Source: Candidatus Rokuibacteriota bacterium (lineage in GTDB: Bacteria; Methylomirabilota; Methylomirabilia; Rokubacteriales; CSP1-6). Taken from it: 64,000 nt of DNA. A model generated the notes under the pieces. It saw nothing but the letters and a program-made list of their open reading frames with translations. It was not told where the DNA came from and ran no database searches. Of this stretch, positions 1-8,322 are shown piece after piece (the stretch's first letter is position 1; each line of letters opens with the position of its first letter). Made by a program: the position numbers and the translations under genes. Where the stretch lies: NCBI GenBank assembly GCA_003220225.1, contig QHRU01000045.1, forward strand, positions 2,586-66,585, written 5' to 3'.

Positions 1-643
1 GGCCGCCACCCGCGGGGAGATCGCCGTCCGCGACAGCCTCGCGGGCATGCAGCGGATCCGCGGCGAGGTGCAGGTCATCTCCAAGCGCATCAAGAGCCTC
101 GGCGACCGCTCGCTGGAGATCTCGGAGATCGTCAACACGATCGAGGAAATCGCGTCCCACACGAACCTGCTCGCGCTCAACGCGGCCATCGAGGCGGCGG
201 GCGCCGGCGAGTCGGGCGTCCGCTTCGCCGTCGTCGCCGACGAGATCCGCAAGCTCGCCGAGCGTGCGGCCAACGCCACCAAGGACATCGCCGCCCGCAT
301 CCGCGCCGTCCAGGGGGAGACCCAGGAGGCGGTGGTGGCCATGGAAGAGGGCACGCGCGAGGTCGAGTCGGGCTACAAGGTCACCATCCGCGCCGAGGAG
401 AGCCTGAAGGCGATCGCCGGCATCTCGAGGACGTCCGCGGAGCTGGCGCAGGAGATCTCGGCGTCCTCGCAGCAGCAAGTGCGCGGCGCCGACGGCGTGG
501 TGCGCGCGATGCGCTCCATCGCCGACGTGGCGGTGCACACGGAGCAGGCCGTGCTCCAGACGCGGCGCACGGTCGACGACCTGGTGAAACTGGCGGACGA
601 GCTCACGCGAAGCCTCTCGCGATTCAAGTTGGCGACGACCTGA
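1..643 (+). CDS. Methyl-accepting chemotaxis protein, C-terminal signalling domain (5' end outside window)
   Basis: The frame is open from position 2 with no upstream stop. The translation carries the MCP signalling-domain hallmarks ([11 protein letters not shown] ... [10 protein letters not shown]). Stop TGA at 641-643. Confidence 0.8.
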   Translation, partial: AATRGEIAVRDSLAGMQRIRGEVQVISKRIKSLGDRSLEISEIVNTIEEIASHTNLLALNAAIEAAGAGESGVRFAVVADEIRKLAERAANATKDIAARIRAVQGETQEAVVAMEEGTREVESGYKVTIRAEESLKAIAGISRTSAELAQEISASSQQQVRGADGVVRAMRSIADVAVHTEQAVLQTRRTVDDLVKLADELTRSLSRFKLATT

Positions 644-650
644 GACGGCG

Positions 651-3371
651 ATGGCCGAGCCGGCCGAGCAGGAGTTCCTCCGCTCCATCTTCCTGATGGA
701 GGCGTGGGACACCGTGGCCGCGCTGGACTGCGCGGCGGCGACGCTGGCTCGCCCCGAGGGCGTGGACGAGCTGTTCGTCGTCACGCACCGCCTGAAGGGC
801 GCCGCCTCGCTGCACGGATTCCCGAACATCGCGGAGCTGGCGGCGGAGCTGGAAGAGGCGCTCGCCGGGCGCCCGCCCGACACGCGCAGGCTCGGCGCGC
901 TCGTGGGTCATCTCAAGCATGCGCTCGACGCGGCGGTCAACGCGCCGCCGGCCGCGGTCGGCGTTGCGACACCGGCGCCGAGAGCCGACGCGAGCCTCGA
1001 CCCCCTCCGCAAGGAGCTGGAGGCGTTCTTCGCGGGGAACGCGGACGTGATCGCGTACTTCCTGCCGGAGGCGACCGAGCACCTCGACGGGGTGACCTCG
1101 GCGCTCGGGGCGCTCGAGCGCGGCGTCGACGAGGCGGACGTCGCGCGGCTGTTCCGCGCCGTCCACACCCTGAAGGGCGCCGCCTACGTCGTCGGCTGCG
1201 TGCGAGTCGGCGAGGTCGCGCATCGCATGGAGGACGTGCTGGTGGTCGCGCGAGAGGGCCGCCGGCCGCTCACCCCCCGGGCCGTCGAGACCCTGTTCGC
1301 CGCCGAGGGCGCGCTACGCCTGATGCTCGGTCTGCCGCCCGACCCGCGCGCGAACGTCACCGACGTCGTGGCCGCGGTGCGCGCGCGGCTCGACGCGCTG
1401 TTGGACGGCGTGCCCGTGCCCGCCCCCGCGCCGCCGGCCGCGCCCTTCCCCGAGCCCGTGCCGGCGCTCTCGTCGTCGCTGGCGGCGCTGCTGAGCACGC
1501 CGCGCCCGGCGCCCGCCCGCGCCGCGCCGCGCCGCCCGCCGCGCCAGACGATCCGCGTCAACCTCGAGCGCCTCGACTCGCTGATGGACCTCATCGGCGA
1601 GATGGTGATCGACCGCGAGCGCGTGGACCAGCGCCTCGACGAGATCGACCGCGTCTCGGCCGCGCTCCTCGCGAGCCGCGGCCGCCTCGCCCAGTGCATC
1701 GCCGACTTCGAGCGGCGTCAGTTCGACCAGCGGCGTCCCGTGCCGCCCGCGAAGCCCGCGGCCGCCGCGACGGCCGGCCGCTCGGTCTCCGAGCTGTTCG
1801 CCGAGCTGGAGTTCGACCGCTACGACGACTCCGGGATCTTCGCGCGGACGGTGGCCGAGATCGCGGCCGACATCGCGGAGCTGCAGTCCGAGCTGACGGC
1901 GGTGACGCGCTCGCTCCGCGACGACATGGCGCACGTCCACCGGATCACCGGCGCGCTGCGAAGCGAGATCGGGCGCGCGCGGCTGGTGCCGATCGGCAGC
2001 CTCTTCGGCCGGTTCGTGCGCCAGGGGCAGGCGGCCGCGCGGGCGGCCGGCAAGAGCGTGCGCTTCGAGACGCGCGGCGAGGCCGTCGAGCTCGACACCG
2101 CGATCATCGAGCAGATCGTGGATCCGCTCCTGCATCTCGTGCAGAACACGATCGCGCACGGCATCGAGGCGCCCGACGAGCGGCGCGCGTGCGGCAAGGA
2201 AGCGGCGGGCACGGTGACGCTGTCGGCCGCGCACGAGGGCGGGGCCGTGCTGGTGGAGGTCGCGGACGACGGGCGCGGCATCGATCCGGACCTGGTGCGC
2301 CGGCGCGCGGTCGCGCAGGGCTTCGTGCCCGCCGACGCCGAGCTCGACGACGACCAGACGCTCGACCTCATCTTCCTGCCGGGCTTCAGCACGGCGAGCG
2401 CGGTCACGACGGCGGCGGGGCGCGGTGTCGGCATGGACGTCGTCCGCACGAACGTCCGGCGGCTCAACGGCGACGTGGAGGTGCGGAGCGTCGTGGGCGA
2501 GGGCACGCGCTTCACGCTGCGCCTGCCGCTCACGCTGCTGGTCTCCGAGGCGCTGATGATCACCGTCGCCGAGGAGCGGCTGGCGGTGCCGCTCAACGCC
2601 GTGCAGCTCGTCACGACGGTGCGGCCGGAGGACGTGCGGCCGGGCCCGCGCGGCGAGGCGATCCTCGTCGGCGAGGACCTCGTCGATCTCGTCCCCCTCC
2701 CGACCATCCTCGGTCTCGAGCGCGGGCCACGGCGGCCGCGCCGTCCCGTGCTCGTCGTGCGCGGCGCGGGCCGCACGCTCGCCGTCGAGGTGGACGAGAT
2801 CTTGCACAAGCAGGAAATCGTCATCAAGCCGCTCGGCGAGTTCCTGACGGGCGTCGGGCCGTACGGCGGCGCCAGCGTCGGCGCCGACGCGCGCGTCACG
2901 CTGCTGCTGGACCCCGGTGCGCTGGTCGAGACGGCGGCGCGCGCGAACGCGGTCACCCGGGCCGCGCGCCGCCGCGAGGCCGCCGCCGGCGAGGCGCCCG
3001 CCCCGCGCCGGCGCGTGCTGCTCGTCGACGACTCGGTCAGCGTGCGTCGATTCGTCGGCCAGATGCTCGAGAAAGCCGGCTTCGACGTCACCACGGCGGG
3101 CGACGGCGCCGACGCGATGGCCCGGCTGGCCGAGGCCGCCTTCGACGTCGTCGTCACCGACCTCGAGATGCCGCGCGTGAACGGCTACGAGCTGATCGAC
3201 GACGTGCGCCGCCGCCCCGCCACGCGCTCGCTGCCCGTGATCGTCCTCACCACGCGCGCGGGCGACAAGCACGTCGCGCTGGCGAAGAGCCTCGGCGTCC
3301 AGCACTACGTCACCAAGCCCGTCGAGGAGCACGCGTTCGTCACGCTCGTCGCCTCGCTGGTGCCGGCATGA
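651..3371 (+). CDS. CheA-type histidine kinase with two N-terminal Hpt (P1) domains and a C-terminal receiver (CheA-CheY hybrid, FrzE-like)
   Basis: Two Hpt motifs (HRLKGAASLHGF; HTLKGAAYVVGC), a P3 dimerisation segment, an HATPase_c region (DDGRGID ... GRGVGMDVV), a CheW-like P5 region, then a receiver (LLVDDSVSVR ... DLEMPRVNGYEL ... KP). Confidence 0.9.
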   Translation: MAEPAEQEFLRSIFLMEAWDTVAALDCAAATLARPEGVDELFVVTHRLKGAASLHGFPNIAELAAELEEALAGRPPDTRRLGALVGHLKHALDAAVNAPPAAVGVATPAPRADASLDPLRKELEAFFAGNADVIAYFLPEATEHLDGVTSALGALERGVDEADVARLFRAVHTLKGAAYVVGCVRVGEVAHRMEDVLVVAREGRRPLTPRAVETLFAAEGALRLMLGLPPDPRANVTDVVAAVRARLDALLDGVPVPAPAPPAAPFPEPVPALSSSLAALLSTPRPAPARAAPRRPPRQTIRVNLERLDSLMDLIGEMVIDRERVDQRLDEIDRVSAALLASRGRLAQCIADFERRQFDQRRPVPPAKPAAAATAGRSVSELFAELEFDRYDDSGIFARTVAEIAADIAELQSELTAVTRSLRDDMAHVHRITGALRSEIGRARLVPIGSLFGRFVRQGQAAARAAGKSVRFETRGEAVELDTAIIEQIVDPLLHLVQNTIAHGIEAPDERRACGKEAAGTVTLSAAHEGGAVLVEVADDGRGIDPDLVRRRAVAQGFVPADAELDDDQTLDLIFLPGFSTASAVTTAAGRGVGMDVVRTNVRRLNGDVEVRSVVGEGTRFTLRLPLTLLVSEALMITVAEERLAVPLNAVQLVTTVRPEDVRPGPRGEAILVGEDLVDLVPLPTILGLERGPRRPRRPVLVVRGAGRTLAVEVDEILHKQEIVIKPLGEFLTGVGPYGGASVGADARVTLLLDPGALVETAARANAVTRAARRREAAAGEAPAPRRRVLLVDDSVSVRRFVGQMLEKAGFDVTTAGDGADAMARLAEAAFDVVVTDLEMPRVNGYELIDDVRRRPATRSLPVIVLTTRAGDKHVALAKSLGVQHYVTKPVEEHAFVTLVASLVPA

Positions 3372-4393
3372 AGGCGCTGCTCGTCGATCCCGATCCGCAG
3401 CGCGCGCCTGTCCTCGCGGAGGCGCTCGATGCCGGCGGCGCCGAGGTCTCGATGGCGCTCAGCGCGTCGTTCGCGCTGACGATGCTCGAGTGGAACAAGC
3501 AGGACGTCATCATCAGCCGCGCCCGGCTCGGGGACATGGAGGGTCACGAGCTCTGCGCGATCGTCCGCAGCGATCCGTCCACCAAGGACGTGCGCTTCGT
3601 CCTCATCGTCGGGCCGGGAGAGAACGTGCCGACGCAGACGGCCGTCGCCGGCGTCGACCTCGTGCTGCCCGACGCGCTCAGCAGCGCCACGATCGTCACG
3701 CGCGTCATTCAGCTGGTGCGCAAGCAGCTCGAGGCGACCACGCCCTCGGCACCCGCCGCGGCCGTCCCGCGCGCCGCCGCGCCCGCGCCCGTGATCAAGC
3801 CGCCACGGGTCGCGCCGCCACCGCCGCCGCCTCCGAGGCCCGTCGCACCGCTGCCGCCGGCGCCGCCCCCAGTCGCCCCGCCGCCCCGGCCCCTCGCCCC
3901 GCCGCCGCGGCCCGTCATCCCGGCGCCGCAGCCGGTCGCCCCCGCAGCGCCCGTCGCGCCGGTGCCGGTCGTCGCCCAGGCCGCGCCCGTCCCCGCGGCG
4001 CCCGGGCCCTCGATGGCCGGGCTCGATTCCGTCGGGACGAACGGCGGGACGCGCACGTTCCAGGGCGCGCTCGGCGTGCTGGAGATCGAGGAGCTCACGC
4101 AGGCGATCTCGGTCGGCGGCAAGACGGGGCGGCTGGTGCTCGTCCTCGCCACCGGCGGCGGCCTCGTCGTGTTCGAGAGTGGGCGCGTGACGCACGCGGA
4201 GTTCGGCGGGCTCGGTGGTGAGCCGGCCTTCTCCGCGCTCGTCGCGGCCTCGCACCGCGAGCGCGGCGGCAAGTTCTGCTTCATCCCGGTCCATCCGAAT
4301 GAGCTGCGGACCCAGCCGAAGACCATCGCTCGCCCCGTCGACCAGCTGCTGCTCGACGTGGCGAGGATGATGGACGAGGAGAAACGCGCATGA
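3368..4393 (+). CDS. Atypical receiver domain - Pro-rich linker - DUF4388-like C-terminal domain protein
   Basis: ATG at 3368 overlaps the CheA stop (ATGA). The N-terminus is receiver-like (MKALLVDPD...) but the canonical phospho-Asp/Thr/Lys positions look degenerate. A long PPPPAP-type linker follows, then a C-terminal block (LEIEELTQAISVGGKTGRLVL ... GRVTHAEFGG ... GGKFCF) that resembles DUF4388. Confidence 0.6.
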   Translation: MKALLVDPDPQRAPVLAEALDAGGAEVSMALSASFALTMLEWNKQDVIISRARLGDMEGHELCAIVRSDPSTKDVRFVLIVGPGENVPTQTAVAGVDLVLPDALSSATIVTRVIQLVRKQLEATTPSAPAAAVPRAAAPAPVIKPPRVAPPPPPPPRPVAPLPPAPPPVAPPPRPLAPPPRPVIPAPQPVAPAAPVAPVPVVAQAAPVPAAPGPSMAGLDSVGTNGGTRTFQGALGVLEIEELTQAISVGGKTGRLVLVLATGGGLVVFESGRVTHAEFGGLGGEPAFSALVAASHRERGGKFCFIPVHPNELRTQPKTIARPVDQLLLDVARMMDEEKRA

Positions 4394-5199
4394 CCAAGGT
4401 GCTGGTGGTCGACGACAGCCTCAGCGTGCGGAAGGTCGTCGAGCGCGCGCTGGCGGGCCGGCAGATCGACGTCGTGTGCGCGGCCTCCGGCAGCGAGGCG
4501 CTCGAGCGGCTCGAGCGTGATGCCCCGGACTTCGTGGTGTGCGACGTGGTGATGCCCGACCGCGACGGCTACGAGATCTGCGAGTTCATCAAGGGCCACC
4601 CGCGCCTCGCGCACACGCCGGTCCTGCTGATGTCCGGCATCGTCAACGACGAGGTCCGCGAGCGCGCCGCGCGCGCGCAGTCGGTGGGCATCCTCGCCAA
4701 GCCCTTCGCCGCCGACGACCTCATCCGCCACCTCGACGGCCTGCTGGCGCAGCGCCCCGCGGCGTCCGCCAAGGCCCCGGCGGCCCGGGGAACCCCGGCG
4801 ACCGTGGAGACCGATACGCCGGTGCCGCTTGACACGACGCCCGTCCCCGACGGGGCCGCCGCCGTGGTCGCCCAGTTCCTCACGATGGATGGCGTGCAGT
4901 GGGCCGTCCTCGCGGACCGCGAGGGCTTCGTGGTCGAGGCGACGGCAAACGCGGGCGTGGACGCGGACGTGGCGGCCGCGCTCAGCGCCTGCCTCGCCGA
5001 GTCGTCCGACGGCCTCGGCCGCGAGCTGGGTCGTGGCGCGCTCCAGGGCGTCATCCTCGAGTACGAGAAGGGCATGGTCGTGCTCTACGGCGTGGCGACC
5101 ACGGGGCTCCTCGCCGTGGGCATCGCCGAGCCGAACGTGCTCGGCAAGGTCCGTTACTATGCGCGGCGGGCGCTGCCCGAGCTGGCGCGGGCGATGTGA
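4390..5199 (+). CDS. CheY-like response regulator fused to a C-terminal roadblock/LC7 domain
   Basis: ATGA overlap with the upstream gene. Canonical receiver (VLVVDDS ... VVCDVVMPDRDGYE ... LLMSG ... AKPF), a linker, then ~110 aa with roadblock-like alternating hydrophobic beta-alpha-beta pattern (QWAVLADREGFVVE ... GVILEYEKGMVVLYGV). Confidence 0.75.
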   Translation: MTKVLVVDDSLSVRKVVERALAGRQIDVVCAASGSEALERLERDAPDFVVCDVVMPDRDGYEICEFIKGHPRLAHTPVLLMSGIVNDEVRERAARAQSVGILAKPFAADDLIRHLDGLLAQRPAASAKAPAARGTPATVETDTPVPLDTTPVPDGAAAVVAQFLTMDGVQWAVLADREGFVVEATANAGVDADVAAALSACLAESSDGLGRELGRGALQGVILEYEKGMVVLYGVATTGLLAVGIAEPNVLGKVRYYARRALPELARAM

Positions 5200-5200
5200 C

Positions 5201-7231
5201 GTGGGCCGCTACCGCCTGTCGCCGCTGATGCGATGGCTCCACGCGCTGGGCGTCGTGGTCGCCTACGTCGTGGTGACGGGCGTGCTGTTCTGGTTGGACC
5301 TCGGCGACGGCGGTGTGGCGCCGGCGTGGACGATCGTCGCGGTGCCGTTCTTCTACGCCGTGCTCTCGCTCCTGTTCCTGCGCCGCGGGTCCCTCGCCCG
5401 CCGCCTGAGCTGGGTCGGCGGCGCCTGCCTGACGCACGTGACCCTCGGCCTCACCGCCGCCGCGGCCTTCGCGACGCTGGCGGACCTGACGACGCTGTCC
5501 GCGCTCGCGTACGCCTTCGCGCGGCTCGGACCCGCGCCGTTCCTGACGCTGGTCGCGACGCCGCTCGTGCTGGCGCCGTTCCGGGGGCGGGTGCTCTCGC
5601 CGCGCCCGGCGCCGCGCGGGGACCGCGCGCGCCAGCGGGTCGTCGTCACGCCGACGACGCCCGTCGAGACTCCGGTCGCGCGTGATGCACGCCGCCACGA
5701 GGACCCCGCCGAGGCCGCGACGCCGGTGCCTGCGGTGAAACCGTCGGCCGCGGCGCCCGAGACGCCCGAGTGGCAGGAGTCGCCCGAGTCGCCGCCAGAT
5801 GACGCCGTGGTGCGGGTGCGGTTCGAGCGCGTCGCGGCTCAGCTTCCCGCCGCCGCGTTCACGCTGCCGATGGACCGCGTCGCCGAGAGCCTGCGCGAGC
5901 CGCACTGGCTCACCGTGCCCCGGCGCGTCGTGCTCGCGCAGCTGCCGGAGGGCGCGGTGCAGGTGCACTGGGCGATCGTCGCGTCGCAGTTTCCGGCGCT
6001 CGCGTTCGCCATGTCGGACGTGGAGTTCCGGGGGCAGTACCCCAACCTGAAGCTGACGCTGCCGCTCGACGACGTCCTGCGCCAGCTGCCGCCCGGGGTG
6101 ATCCCGACCGGCTGGACGCCGAGCCAGATCGCGGGGCTCGAGGCCTTTCCGGCGCCGTTCCAGCCGCTCCCGGTGCCGCGCGACGTGCCGGCCGCGAGCG
6201 CGCGCCCCGGGGGCGCCGCGGCGGACCTTCCGCCGGCCGTCGCGGCCGCGCCGCCGCGCCGCACGCCACCGCCGCCGCCCGCTCCCGTCGCGCCGCCACG
6301 CCTCGCACCGCCGCCGCCCGCTCCGGTCGCGGCGCCGCCACGCGATCCCGTCGCGGAGTCGCTGAGGTCCGCCCCGGCCGCGCCGACGATCACGCCGCCA
6401 CCGGCGCCGGCGATCGTCACCTCCGCGCCGCCGCTGCCGATTCCACCGACACGCGTCGCCGCGCGGGCGCCCGCGCCGCCGCGCGAGGTCGCGCCCGAGG
6501 TGATCAGCCGCGACGCGCTCACACGTCTCGCCGCCTGCCTCGCGGGCGCGGGGACGTTCGAGTCGTGGTCGGGCGTCGTGGAGAGCGTGCCGCTGGTGGC
6601 GTTCGTGGCCCCGACGCTGCCGCGCGAGGCCGTGACCGCCGTGGCCGCGCGCGTCGCCGGACTGCTCGGCGCCGCCGCGGGCGAGCAGGTGACCGTGCGC
6701 ACCGCGCGCGCGGCGATCGTCGTGAGCGCGGCGCCCACGCCGGTGGTCGTCGGCGCGCGGCGGCCGGGCGCGCCCGTGGCCTTGCTCGAGCTGCGCGCCG
6801 CGCGCGCGGCGGGGCTGATCGGCCGCGCGGGCGAGGGCGTCACGCCGCCGTCACGCGCGCTGTCCGCGCTCGCCGTCGAGCCGCGCGTCGCCGGCGTGGC
6901 GGGGACCCTGGAGGCCTTCGGCGACCTCGAGCCGGCCGTGCTGACCGACGCCGCCGGCGTCGCCCGCGTCTACGTCTTCCGCGAGCCCGGCCACGAGGCG
7001 GAGCGCCTCGGCGAGCTCGCGCTGGCGGTGTGGGACGGCCTTGGGCGCACGCGCGACGCCGACCTCGGCGCGCTCGTGTCGGTCATCTTCCGCCAGGGAC
7101 GGCGGCGCATTCTCGTGCGCCCGCTCGCCGGGCGCGGGACGACGCTGCTCGCGGCGGCGGGACCGGTGGCGCGGCCCGGGCGCGCGTGGCGCGAGGCCGA
7201 CCGCGCGGCGGCGGCACTGGAGGCGCGCTGA
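5201..7231 (+). CDS. Polytopic membrane protein with long Pro/Ala-rich low-complexity region and internal repeats (function unknown)
   Basis: GTG at 5201 (or ATG at 5228) lies 2 nt after the upstream stop. There are 4-5 predicted TM helices at the N-terminus. Two ~45-aa repeats follow (VRVRFERVAAQLPAAAF ... / VQVHWAIVASQFPALAF ...). Then PPPPAPVAPP tracts and a C-terminal ~250 aa with two roadblock-like segments (weak). Confidence 0.5.
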   Translation: MGRYRLSPLMRWLHALGVVVAYVVVTGVLFWLDLGDGGVAPAWTIVAVPFFYAVLSLLFLRRGSLARRLSWVGGACLTHVTLGLTAAAAFATLADLTTLSALAYAFARLGPAPFLTLVATPLVLAPFRGRVLSPRPAPRGDRARQRVVVTPTTPVETPVARDARRHEDPAEAATPVPAVKPSAAAPETPEWQESPESPPDDAVVRVRFERVAAQLPAAAFTLPMDRVAESLREPHWLTVPRRVVLAQLPEGAVQVHWAIVASQFPALAFAMSDVEFRGQYPNLKLTLPLDDVLRQLPPGVIPTGWTPSQIAGLEAFPAPFQPLPVPRDVPAASARPGGAAADLPPAVAAAPPRRTPPPPPAPVAPPRLAPPPPAPVAAPPRDPVAESLRSAPAAPTITPPPAPAIVTSAPPLPIPPTRVAARAPAPPREVAPEVISRDALTRLAACLAGAGTFESWSGVVESVPLVAFVAPTLPREAVTAVAARVAGLLGAAAGEQVTVRTARAAIVVSAAPTPVVVGARRPGAPVALLELRAARAAGLIGRAGEGVTPPSRALSALAVEPRVAGVAGTLEAFGDLEPAVLTDAAGVARVYVFREPGHEAERLGELALAVWDGLGRTRDADLGALVSVIFRQGRRRILVRPLAGRGTTLLAAAGPVARPGRAWREADRAAAALEAR

Positions 7232-7840
7232 ATGTCCATCATCAACTACGCCGCCAAGGTCATCAACTTCAAGCTCGTCTACTACGGGCCCGGCATGGCG
7301 GGGAAGACGGCGAACCTCCAGTTCGTCCACCGCTGCCTGCCCGACGACAACCGCGGCAACATGATCTCGCTGGCGACGGGCGACGACCGCACGCTCTTCT
7401 TCGACTTCCTGCCCGTGTCCGCGACGAGCGTGCGGGGCTTCACGACGAAGTTCCAGCTCTACACGGTGCCCGGCCAGAGCCGCTACAACATGACGCGCAA
7501 GCTGGTGCTGCGCGGCGTCGACGGCGTGGTGTTCGTGGCCGACTCGCAGTGGGACCGGCTGAAGGAGAACGTCGAGAGCCTCCGCAACCTCAACGACAAC
7601 CTGCGCGAGTATCGCCTCGACCTCGCCACGGTGCCGTACGTCGTCCAGTACAACAAGCGGGACCTGCCCGACGTGGCGCCGATCGACTACCTCGAGTACA
7701 CGCTCAACCGCGGCACGCGCCGGGTGCCGGCGTTCGAGGGGGTGGCGGTGACGGGCAAGGGGGTCTTCGACACGCTGAACACGCTGTCCCGGATGGTCCT
7801 CCTCCGGGAGTTCGGTCAGGTACAGGAAGGAGCCTCGTGA
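7232..7840 (+). CDS. mglA: MglA-type Ras-like small GTPase
   Basis: P-loop YYGPGMAGKT, a switch region with the intrinsic Arg (DRTLFFDFLP), YTVPGQ, and NKRD. The protein is 202 aa and collinear with Myxococcus MglA. Confidence 0.9.
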   Translation: MSIINYAAKVINFKLVYYGPGMAGKTANLQFVHRCLPDDNRGNMISLATGDDRTLFFDFLPVSATSVRGFTTKFQLYTVPGQSRYNMTRKLVLRGVDGVVFVADSQWDRLKENVESLRNLNDNLREYRLDLATVPYVVQYNKRDLPDVAPIDYLEYTLNRGTRRVPAFEGVAVTGKGVFDTLNTLSRMVLLREFGQVQEGAS

Positions 7841-8322
7841 TGCGACACGACCTCGTCATCCACGAAACCGACGCGGCGCGGATCGACGCCGTGCTGGAGC
7901 GGTTTCTCGGCGACTCGAGCAGCGCGGCCGTGCTGCTGATCGATCGCAGCGGCGAGCCCCTCGCGATCGCGGGGGCGGCGCGCACGCTCGACACCGTCTC
8001 CATCGCCGCCCTCGCCGCCGGCGCCTTCAGCTCGACGGCGGCGCTCGCCCGGCTGCTGGGCGAGAGCGAGTTCTCGGTGCTCTTCCACGAGGGCCTGAAG
8101 GAGAGCCTGCACGTCAGCACCGTGGACGACGACGCGATCCTGCTCGCCATCTTCGACGAGCGGACCACCGTCGGCATGGTGCGACTGTTCGCGCGCGACG
8201 CCAGCCAGGGCCTCGGCGCGATCCTCGTCGAGGCCCGTCGGCGGCCGCGCCGCACGGGTGTCCTGGCCGCGCCGCTGACCCCGGAGGAAGCGCGGAGTGC
8301 GATCCGGCAGCGGCCCGCGTAA
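7840..8322 (+). CDS. mglB: MglB-type roadblock/LC7 protein (putative GAP of MglA)
   Basis: ATG at 7840 overlaps the mglA stop (TGATG). The protein is 160 aa with a roadblock fold pattern (AVLLIDRSGEPLAIAG ... SVLFHEG ... ILLAIFDE). Confidence 0.8.
   Translation: MRHDLVIHETDAARIDAVLERFLGDSSSAAVLLIDRSGEPLAIAGAARTLDTVSIAALAAGAFSSTAALARLLGESEFSVLFHEGLKESLHVSTVDDDAILLAIFDERTTVGMVRLFARDASQGLGAILVEARRRPRRTGVLAAPLTPEEARSAIRQRPA

Noticed and set aside
704-4393. 1229-aa ORF and many other very long alternate-frame or antisense ORFs with Arg/Pro/Gly/Ala-rich translations (e.g. 1314-3332 minus, 8114-10687 minus, 24585-27725 plus, 27656-30280 plus, 41749-43887 plus, 43884-45353 plus, 45392-48337 plus)
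   Set aside because: Stop-codon depletion in a >70% G+C genome produces these frames. Their translations are low-complexity. They overlap genes with clear domain content on the other frame or strand.
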